Positions 8,260-14,845 of a stretch of 64,000 nucleotides of DNA are shown piece after piece (the first letter of the stretch is position 1; each line of letters starts with the position of its first letter). Below the pieces are notes generated by a model. It searched no databases and was not told where the DNA came from. It worked only from the letters and a program-made list of their open reading frames with translations. The DNA comes from Candidatus Kuenenia stuttgartensis (GTDB lineage Bacteria > Planctomycetota > JAKEIC01 > DYIT01), in assembly GCA_020723505.1 (NCBI GenBank), contig DYIT01000008.1, forward strand, positions 14,579 to 78,578, given 5' to 3'. A program made the translations under genes and the position numbers.

Positions 8260-9615
8260 TCATCGCTTCGTCAAAATGAATTCCGCCAGGTCCGAAATCA
8301 CCTCCTTCGAGACGTGGAGCGGCAGGGTGTATTCCATGGGCGTGGCCTTGCCCTTGCCGTGCATGAAGCAATGATTGAGCGCAGGATAGGATTTGAGAAC
8401 CGCGTTGCTCCGGCCGTCGAACCCCTTGCGCCAAAGGGCGAAGTCCTCCATCGTTACCTGGTAGTCGCGCTCGCCCTGCAGCACCAGAACCGGCTTCTCG
8501 ATTGAGGCAGCCTCTTCAGCCGGCCGGTATGTCCGCAAGTCAATCCAGTAGCGGGCGGGGCACCCCAGGGGCAGCTGTCCCGGCGGGGTGTCAGGGGAGA
8601 GTGAGGGGTCCTTGGCTCTTGCCGCCTGTTCCTTAAGGCGTTCGAGGTTCTTCTTCTCGGTCTCCGAGACGGATCCGTCCAGGGAATAGATGTAGGCGTA
8701 CTGGTCGAGAATCAGGTCTTCGAGCGGTCTGGCCGCGCCTGCGAGCACCACGAACCCGGCCGCGGACGGACAGCGCTTCGCAATTCGGGGAATCATCATG
8801 CCGCCCAGGCTGTGGCCGAGGATGAAGACCTTCGACTTGTCCACGCCGGGGGTCTTTGCCATGAGTTCCGCGGCGAGGACCGCGTCGTCCACGGTTTCCT
8901 CGTTTATCGTGAGCGCTCCCGCGCCCGTGTTCATGGAGACCATCCTCGATCCGTGAACGAGCGTCCTCTTGTCGTAGCGCAGCACGGCGACTCCCGAGGA
9001 AGCGAGGCCCCAGGCGATGTCCTTGAACGGCTTGTTGGGCCCGATGGTTTCGTCCCGGTCGTTGGGTCCGGACCCGTGCACAAGCACGATGGCCGGGAAG
9101 GGGCCCTCCCCCTTGGGCAGCGCAAGGGTCGCAGGCAGCTCCCAACCCTCGGCTCCGAACCTGAGCTCCTTCTCCTCGAACGCCGACTGATCGACGTAGG
9201 ACGGGGCCTTGTACGGCATCTCCTTCCGGGTGGGAACATAGAAGAAGCCCGTTATTCCGCCTTTCATGACGAACGCGACCTTGACGTCGAATCCGCCTTT
9301 TTCGAACTTGCAGGAGACGAACGACACGGGACGATCCTCGTGCATTTCGTTCCGGACCGAGACGATTTCCTTGAACGGGCCGAATCGCTCGATGGCCGCG
9401 GACCAGGCTTCCTTGAGTTTCTCGGGAGGAATCTGCTTCTTGACGCTCTCGTCGATCATTGCAGCTGCGTCCTCGTGTTTGCCCTCGGACAGCAGCGTCA
9501 CGAACTTCCTCGCCGCCTCCTCGAAGCGGCTAAAATCCGGTTCCTGCTTTTCCTGGCCGCTGGAAAATCCGCAGACGGCCGTAAGGAAGAGGAGAAATGC
9601 AATGGCTGATTTCAT
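8260..9615 (-). CDS. Secreted alpha/beta-hydrolase
   Basis: Signal peptide MKSAIAFLLFLTAVCGFSS starts at ATG 9615. The 36 upstream codons in the track ORF overlap the methylase gene and are rejected. The nucleophile elbow ILGHSLGG is present, and the acid/His region (GERDYQV...LNHCF) is consistent with the fold. Confidence 0.8.
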   Translation of the reverse strand: MKSAIAFLLFLTAVCGFSSGQEKQEPDFSRFEEAARKFVTLLSEGKHEDAAAMIDESVKKQIPPEKLKEAWSAAIERFGPFKEIVSVRNEMHEDRPVSFVSCKFEKGGFDVKVAFVMKGGITGFFYVPTRKEMPYKAPSYVDQSAFEEKELRFGAEGWELPATLALPKGEGPFPAIVLVHGSGPNDRDETIGPNKPFKDIAWGLASSGVAVLRYDKRTLVHGSRMVSMNTGAGALTINEETVDDAVLAAELMAKTPGVDKSKVFILGHSLGGMMIPRIAKRCPSAAGFVVLAGAARPLEDLILDQYAYIYSLDGSVSETEKKNLERLKEQAARAKDPSLSPDTPPGQLPLGCPARYWIDLRTYRPAEEAASIEKPVLVLQGERDYQVTMEDFALWRKGFDGRSNAVLKSYPALNHCFMHGKGKATPMEYTLPLHVSKEVISDLAEFILTKR

Positions 9616-10568
9616 GCGTGCTTCCTGAAAGAGTTCGACAATTTCACGCTTTTGAAAAAGGTCGATTTCCGCGGCTGCTTGAATCGCGGTTTTTGCGGTG
9701 GAATCAGTATTGAATTCCGGCATGCATCCGGTCTCATGATGTTCATGGCCTCGAACCTGCGTATGGAAAGGTCCAGGAATTTCCTCTCCGTATCTATCCC
9801 GACGAACCTGCGGCCCAGTGAGACGGCCGCCATGCCGGTTGTCGAGCTTCCGGTGAACGGATCAAGAACGAGGTCGCCCGGCTGCGTCGAGGCGCGTATG
9901 ATTCTCTCCAAAAGCTTGAGGGGCTTCTGAGTCGGATGCTTGCCCTGCTTCTTCTCATCAGGTCCCGGGGCGGTGAGCGACCAGACATCCCGCATCTGTC
10001 TTCCCAGGTTTTCAGCCTTCATTTCCTTGTAGTTGAACACGTGCCTCGATTTCTTGTCCGGAGCTGCCCAGATGATTGTCTCATGCGAATGAGTGAAGTA
10101 TCTGCAGCTCAGGTTCGGAGGGGCGTTGGTCTTGAACCACACGATGGAATTGAGCATTTTGAATCCCAGTTCCTGCATGGCGAAGCCGATTGAATAGATG
10201 GCATGCTGTGTTCCGGAGACCCAAAGCGAGCCGTCTGCTTCCAGCGCGTTTCTGCAAGCCGAAAGCCACTTCCTGTTGAAATCATGATTCCAGGAAACAC
10301 CCCGCGATTTATCCCATTTCCCCTTGTTCACCGAAACCTGCTTCCCCGCATGACAGGTGAATCCGTCATTGGACAGGAAGTAGGGCGGATCCGCAAAGAT
10401 GAGGTCGATATCCTTGAGACCCTGAAGGATATCAAGACAGTCCCCGTGATAGAGGACGAAATAGCCGCGAGCATCCCTGAAATATGGCTTTAGCTTTATA
10501 GGATTCTTGGCGATGCTGCGCTCCCTGGATATTCGATTGTTCTTCATCGCTTCTCGCTTGGGAATCAT
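9612..10568 (-). CDS. Beta-class N6-adenine/N4-cytosine DNA methyltransferase
   Basis: Motif IV DPPY (LIFADPPYFLS) precedes motif I (VLDPFTGSSTTG), which is the order seen in N4/N6 MTase-family enzymes. ATGA overlaps occur at both ends, with the endonuclease stop and with the hydrolase start. The gene is visibly AT-richer than its flanks. Confidence 0.9.
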   Translation of the reverse strand: MIPKREAMKNNRISRERSIAKNPIKLKPYFRDARGYFVLYHGDCLDILQGLKDIDLIFADPPYFLSNDGFTCHAGKQVSVNKGKWDKSRGVSWNHDFNRKWLSACRNALEADGSLWVSGTQHAIYSIGFAMQELGFKMLNSIVWFKTNAPPNLSCRYFTHSHETIIWAAPDKKSRHVFNYKEMKAENLGRQMRDVWSLTAPGPDEKKQGKHPTQKPLKLLERIIRASTQPGDLVLDPFTGSSTTGMAAVSLGRRFVGIDTERKFLDLSIRRFEAMNIMRPDACRNSILIPPQKPRFKQPRKSTFFKSVKLSNSFRKHA

Positions 10569-11242
10569 TCGATTCCGAAGACCTCCTTCATGAACCTCTT
10601 CCTGAAATAGATGGCGACTCTTTTATCACAAAGGGTCTTGCTTAGCACCCTGGAATAGAGCTGCCTGTATGGTTTGGAGTCCTTGGTCCTCAATTGGAGA
10701 TAGACTCCGTTTGAAGTATGGAACTTTCCCGACTTGCAAATGTGTTTATGGAGTTCATCCAACACTTGATTGTAGGAAGATTCGAATTCCATGAACCAGC
10801 GCGTCCCATCCCTTGCATCAATCATGGCGGCATGTGCGATGTACCAATTCCCCGGGTCCTTCGGGACTTTGCAGATAGGTATGATAATCATTCTGCTTGT
10901 CTTCTTGTGGATTGAGGAAGATTTGAAAGGCTGCTTCCTGATTAAATCGTCTATATCGTCCCCGAACTGGTGGATGGCTATTGTTTCCAGAGGATCGCCA
11001 TCGGGTTTGGATTTGTATGTCTTGAGGTCTCCGTCTTCGAAATCAAGCAACTGCGAGCTTTGAGGGAGGCCAATCGCCTTTTCCATCAACTGACCAGCTT
11101 TGCCTTTGTTTTCTCGAATTTCTTCCATGTCAGCATTGGGAATGAATTCACGGAACCTGAGCATCAGGAATGCCTGAATCCGCTCCAATGCCTCGTCGAT
11201 TTTCATGAACTCCAGTATAGTTCGGAGAACTAAAATCGCCAT
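10565..11242 (-). CDS. MutH/Sau3AI-family type II restriction endonuclease (GATC-type specificity inferred)
   Basis: KGKAGQLMEKAIG...LLDFEDGDLKTYKS...GDPLETIAI aligns by eye with E. coli MutH KGWIGVLLEIWLG...EQDFAALGVELKTIPV...GRPLETTFV. C-terminal GVYLQLRTK / IYFRKRFM match MutH GEYLQIRPK / FYLKKNF. It is ATGA-coupled to the methylase gene. Confidence 0.7.
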   Translation of the reverse strand: MAILVLRTILEFMKIDEALERIQAFLMLRFREFIPNADMEEIRENKGKAGQLMEKAIGLPQSSQLLDFEDGDLKTYKSKPDGDPLETIAIHQFGDDIDDLIRKQPFKSSSIHKKTSRMIIIPICKVPKDPGNWYIAHAAMIDARDGTRWFMEFESSYNQVLDELHKHICKSGKFHTSNGVYLQLRTKDSKPYRQLYSRVLSKTLCDKRVAIYFRKRFMKEVFGIE

Positions 11243-11331
11243 CAGATACCAATCTAGCGATTGTTATTCCTGAAACACATCTGCCAAATGGATACCTGTG
11301 GCGAGGTTATTCTGAAAATCTTTGATTTATG

Positions 11332-11359
11332 TTGCTTTTTTGAGAATATGTGATATAAT
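11332..11359 (+). promoter_or_regulatory. Sigma-70-type promoter with extended -10
   Basis: TTGCTT-N16-TATAAT with TG one base upstream of the -10 (TGATATAAT). It faces the lipoprotein genes that start at 11553. Confidence 0.45.
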
Positions 11360-11361
11360 TA

Positions 11362-11375
11362 TTCTGATATCAGAA
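11362..11375. promoter_or_regulatory. Perfect 14-bp palindrome TTCTGATATCAGAA (operator-like)
   Basis: It starts 3 nt after the -10 hexamer and would cover the predicted transcription start. It lies in the divergent region between the R-M operon and the lipoprotein genes. Confidence 0.35.
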
Positions 11376-11552
11376 CACGAAAGCCGGAGAAACCAGGGCA
11401 GTTTAATTCAGCCTCAATTGGTCCAATCGAGGCAATTACTCATTTGTGCTGCTACAGGAACGATTTGCTAGAGAGGAAGGGGGGAGTTTTTTTTTGAATA
11501 GTGTTCTCAATTCAGCACAAGATAAAATTGAATCTCAAAGCGGAGGTGAGCC

Positions 11553-12011
11553 ATGAGGCGACTTGTTCTTGCACCTGTAATCTGTCTCTTCGCAACCGGT
11601 TGCGCTTGCATGGATTACGACAATCTCAGGGTTACAAAATACCTTGATTCGAAGACCACCTGGATTAATCGGCCTTCAGAGCGGCTGGCGCTGTCACCGC
11701 TCGTGCTTCCCGTGGGATTGTCAAGCGTGGCTCTGGACGTATTTCTGGTTCATCCGGTTACGAGGATTCCCGGCTCCATCGATCGCACCTACGACCTCCT
11801 CTGGAGAACGGAAATCAGGAGCTATTACCTTAGGGTTCTGCTGTTCATTCCCTCGGTGATAGCCAGCCCGGTCTATTTCATGTTCGACTTGCTCGGGCAT
11901 TCGGTTTTCGATTTGGACGACCCGAGACCATCGCGCCTTTTCGCCAGCCGCATGGATGATGCCGGCGCGTTCTCGGTGGCACGGCAGGGATCGGAGATTC
12001 TCCTGGATTGA
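11553..12011 (+). CDS. Small lipoprotein (YceK/DUF1375-like), paralog 1
   Basis: Lipobox LFATGC after MRRLVLAPVIC. The shared core with the next gene is D(Y/R)DNLR...LSP(L/V)VLPVGL..(V/L)ALD.F(L/V)(V/L)HPV. The family assignment is tentative. Confidence 0.65.
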   Translation: MRRLVLAPVICLFATGCACMDYDNLRVTKYLDSKTTWINRPSERLALSPLVLPVGLSSVALDVFLVHPVTRIPGSIDRTYDLLWRTEIRSYYLRVLLFIPSVIASPVYFMFDLLGHSVFDLDDPRPSRLFASRMDDAGAFSVARQGSEILLD

Positions 12012-12061
12012 ATGCTGATGCTCGGTTCCTTTCTACAGGAAGACATTTGGAGGAACAGGCA

Positions 12062-12487
12062 ATGAAACGCGCTGCTTTGATATTAGTGCTGGTTTCCATG
12101 TTCGCAGCAACCGGTTGCGCGATTCTGGAAAGGGACAACCTGAGGGCGTTCAACTGGGTGGAGCGGAATATGACTCCCGAATCGACGGCGATGAAGGTCA
12201 TGCTGACACCCGTTCTCGTTCCCGTGGGCCTGGGCGCTCTTGCGCTCGACCAGTTCGTCCTTCACCCGGTTTCCGTCCTGGACGACGCGGCGGACGACAT
12301 CCTTGACTTGTTCTGGGGCGAGCTTTGGAGCAGGAAATACGTGACAGGCTGCGCTGGTTTAGGCTGGTGGGCGCTTCCGCTCACTCCCGTGGCCTTCACC
12401 TTCAACTGGCTGGCGAGGTGCGTATTCGACATTCCGCACAACAACGGCTACAAGGCGCAGAGGGACCCGATTCGGGATGAAGGCTGA
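12062..12487 (+). CDS. Small lipoprotein (YceK/DUF1375-like), paralog 2
   Basis: The ATG at 12062 gives MKRAALILVLVSMFAATGC (lipobox). The 18 upstream codons in the track are not needed. It is a tandem paralog of 11553-12011. Confidence 0.65.
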   Translation: MKRAALILVLVSMFAATGCAILERDNLRAFNWVERNMTPESTAMKVMLTPVLVPVGLGALALDQFVLHPVSVLDDAADDILDLFWGELWSRKYVTGCAGLGWWALPLTPVAFTFNWLARCVFDIPHNNGYKAQRDPIRDEG

Positions 12488-12493
12488 TCCCAT

Positions 12494-12518
12494 GGGGTCA
12501 GTCCCCGCAATTAAACAT
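12494..12518 (+). repeat. REP-like 25-mer GGGGTCAGTCCCCGCAATTAAACAT
   Basis: It differs at one base from the copy at 19776-19800 and at two bases from the inverted copy at 20834-20858, which flank the RAYT-like gene. It contains a GGGG-N5-CCCC mini-hairpin. Confidence 0.8.
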
Positions 12519-12520
12519 AC

Positions 12521-12560
12521 AGCCCGGACAATCCGCGACTCTTCGAGGATTATCCGGGCT
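12521..12560. terminator. Bidirectional hairpin between convergent genes
   Basis: AGCCCGGACAATCC / GGATTATCCGGGCT forms a 14-bp stem with 1 mismatch and a 12-nt loop. The right arm overlaps the TAG stop (12559-12561) of the TGT-like gene. Confidence 0.45.
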
Positions 12561-14412
12561 ACAGCAGGCGTCTACACAGTTCTTCGAGCAGCATTGCGAC
12601 GCACTTCTCTGAAGCGATGTCGGCTTTTCCGCCCTTTTCAGGGATGACCACGGATTCCGGGAAGCGGGAGGAGACTGATTCGGCAATCTCCCTGTACGGG
12701 GACTTGGAAACCAGGAACAGGATGGACTTGAAATCGGCGCTGTACTTGTCCAGGAAGTCGGCAAGCCTGTCCTTCACGAGCTGCTTCTGGGGATTGAAGA
12801 TGTCGTAGGTCCGGAGCCTGTAATCGTAGCGCATCACCGGCTTGTCGAGCTCATGCGTTTCCGGCACCGGCCCGTAAAGCCCCGAGAGCGTGATTTTTTC
12901 GATTAGATTCCGCCTTTCGCCGAACCTCCCCCGGACGGCATCCATAATCCTGGTATGGGTCTTCGAGGATGCGTATGGTTTCTGCGGCGTGCAAGGCAGG
13001 ATTAGGGCGATTCTTCCCTCGGGCCTGTACTTCTTCTCGAGGATGTTGAACGAATCGCTGGTCAGTGAAAGCGAAATGACCTGCTTCTCCCCGGCCGGCC
13101 GGGCTTCCGGAGGAGGAGAAGGGGGCACGAGCAGCGTCCTGCGCGCCTCGGCCCCCGTCGCCTCATCGTTCAAAGCAAGCCAGGCGAGGGCGTCGCCGAG
13201 GTCGGATCCCTGCTTTTCGCAGTGCATGAACAAGTACGACGGATCCCCGTCGAGGAGCCCGGATTTCCCGTATTCCGCGAAGGTCCGTTTCACGGCGTAG
13301 AAGTTATGCATGGCAAGCAGCGCGTACACGCTCGACTTCCCATCCATGCGGTTCGCCGCTTCGGCGGGATCGAAGCGGGCAAGCTCCTCGAGACTGCCGC
13401 GCTCCCTGCCTTTCAGGGCTGCATGCACCCGCCCAATCCCGATTTCCCCCATCAGGCGGCAATAATCGCAGCCGCAATCCTCCAAATCCCCGTCTGTGAC
13501 GTCGTACATGGCCTTCTTCCTGCCTGCGGAATAGGAAAGTGTTTTCGCCCCCACGATGAAGCTCGATCCGTCGAATGATCCCACTCCCATGTAGGCCAGG
13601 AACGGGACTATCGGGCCCGACATGCCCAGCGCATGGACGGGCAACCCCCTGTGCTCCTCGGGAATCGAATCCATGACCGCTGAAACGATTTCGAGGATCT
13701 TCACGGAGTTCTTCGACGACGGCAGCGCAAGGGGCACAAGAGATCCCACTGCAAGGCCGAAGGCCGGAAGCGGTTTGCCCATCCCGCCGATATGCCTGAA
13801 CAGCTCCTTGACGTACGATGCCGCCATCGCGGCGTCCAGGCCGTGAACCGCCAGCATCGGCAGCGGCCGCCCCGCCTCGGGCTCTTGCGACACGCGATTG
13901 AGGAGGTCCGTTGCGTTGGCGATGCTGCGTTCGCACCTCTCCCAAGCCTCGGTCACGGCGAGCCTCGGATCGAGGGGATAGTCGAAAGACACGACGTAGT
14001 CCGCGCCGAGGCGCCTCTGGAGCATGTACGATCCGCCGGCGTCCACGTCGATGCCCATATCCACTCTGAGGTAGTCCTTCAGGCAGTCGTTCGCGTCGTG
14101 AAGAAACTGGAATCCGCCGGAGTCGAGGAAGACCGCGGGTTTCAGTCCCGGATCGGCCTCCCTTATCCACTCGAGAAGCGGTTTTTCGAGCCACCGGTCC
14201 AGTACCCTGCGCTTGACGCCGAAGTCGAGGAAATGCAGCACCTGGGAGAGGAACAGCGGATCCTTCTCCGCCCTGAGCATGAAGATTTTCAGCCACCGGA
14301 ACAGTCCGCCGTTCCTGTAGAACCCGGGAGGGCCGGTCATGAAGCCGAGCACGGGGAAATACGCCGGTTTCTGGATTTGGCGCCACGATTTCTCTGATTC
14401 CTGTCCATCCAT
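12559..14412 (-). CDS. TGT-fold (tRNA-guanine transglycosylase-like) protein fused to an ArcS-type DUF5591 domain
   Basis: 617 aa. The N-terminal ~400 aa carry FLD97SGGFQ, GVGSFD281, the Zn motif C313GCDYC318 and LLAMHNFY. The C-terminal ~170 aa carry LPCTPQKPYASSKTH (nt 12955-12996), which equals PC-X3-KPY-X2-S-X2-H. I see no PUA domain. The gene is monocistronic. Confidence 0.65.
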   Translation of the reverse strand: MDGQESEKSWRQIQKPAYFPVLGFMTGPPGFYRNGGLFRWLKIFMLRAEKDPLFLSQVLHFLDFGVKRRVLDRWLEKPLLEWIREADPGLKPAVFLDSGGFQFLHDANDCLKDYLRVDMGIDVDAGGSYMLQRRLGADYVVSFDYPLDPRLAVTEAWERCERSIANATDLLNRVSQEPEAGRPLPMLAVHGLDAAMAASYVKELFRHIGGMGKPLPAFGLAVGSLVPLALPSSKNSVKILEIVSAVMDSIPEEHRGLPVHALGMSGPIVPFLAYMGVGSFDGSSFIVGAKTLSYSAGRKKAMYDVTDGDLEDCGCDYCRLMGEIGIGRVHAALKGRERGSLEELARFDPAEAANRMDGKSSVYALLAMHNFYAVKRTFAEYGKSGLLDGDPSYLFMHCEKQGSDLGDALAWLALNDEATGAEARRTLLVPPSPPPEARPAGEKQVISLSLTSDSFNILEKKYRPEGRIALILPCTPQKPYASSKTHTRIMDAVRGRFGERRNLIEKITLSGLYGPVPETHELDKPVMRYDYRLRTYDIFNPQKQLVKDRLADFLDKYSADFKSILFLVSKSPYREIAESVSSRFPESVVIPEKGGKADIASEKCVAMLLEELCRRLL

Positions 14413-14663
14413 GTCCGGATGTTATCAAAAGCATTAAGGTATCTCGATTGCATTGACGCTTCGATTGCTGGTTTTCTCATGGATTCGTCGGTTCGGTTTG
14501 GAAGGGGGCAGTGTCCAGGATCTTTCGCACTTCTAATATTGGTCAGAGGACACACCTGGTAGCAAGACGCGTATTGCATGAAAAAGAGAATCGATCGAAC
14601 TGAATTGACGTCAGCGGATCACTTGCCCTTCCCCTTCCCCACTCTCCCCCCTCACCCTTGCCA

Positions 14664-14688
14664 CTCTCCCCCGAAAATCGGGGGAGAG
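14664..14688. repeat. Perfect hairpin CTCTCCCCCG-AAAAT-CGGGGGAGAG
   Basis: 10-bp stem and 5-nt loop in a divergent intergenic region, so it is not positioned as a terminator. It is preceded by C/T-rich CTTGCCCTTCCCC-type sequence, which recurs inverted at 63048-63061. Confidence 0.6.
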
Positions 14689-14694
14689 GGTATA

Positions 14695-14728
14695 TTCCAC
14701 ACGAAGCGCGTTCGTGCTTCATGTGGAA
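14695..14728. repeat. REP-like hairpin TTCCACACGAAGC-N8-GCTTCATGTGGAA
   Basis: 13-bp arms with 1 mismatch. It belongs to the same family as 14776-14809 and 56112-56145. A half copy (TTCCACACGAAG) lies at 7994-8005. Confidence 0.7.
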
Positions 14729-14775
14729 TTCGTGTACGAGAACGTGGACGGGAACAAGTACGCGAAGCGGTTAAT

Positions 14776-14809
14776 CCGCACGAAGCGCGAGGCACCATGC
14801 TTCGTACGG
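14776..14809. repeat. REP-like hairpin CCGCACGAAGC-N12-GCTTCGTACGG
   Basis: Second member of the CACGAAGC...GCTTCGTG family, 48 nt after the first. Its loop GCGAGGCACCAT resembles the loop GCAAAGTCCCAT of the 56112 copy. Confidence 0.65.
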
Positions 14810-14845
14810 ATTATTCACGTTCCTTCGGGCGTTATCCGCGTTAGT

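Noticed and set aside
11272-11287. Minus-strand TTGGCAGATGTGTTTC resembling a sigma-54 promoter upstream of the endonuclease gene
   Set aside because: The -12 element reads TTTC instead of TTGC, so the invariant GC is missing. Sigma-54 control of a horizontally acquired R-M cassette also seems unlikely.
14714-14845. 44-codon N-terminal extension of the kinase-EBP ORF (MLHVEFVYENVDGNKYAKRL...)
   Set aside because: The extension is a translation straight across the REP-like hairpins at 14695-14809 and the repeated CGTGTACGAG block. The kinase domain begins shortly after the ATG at 14846.
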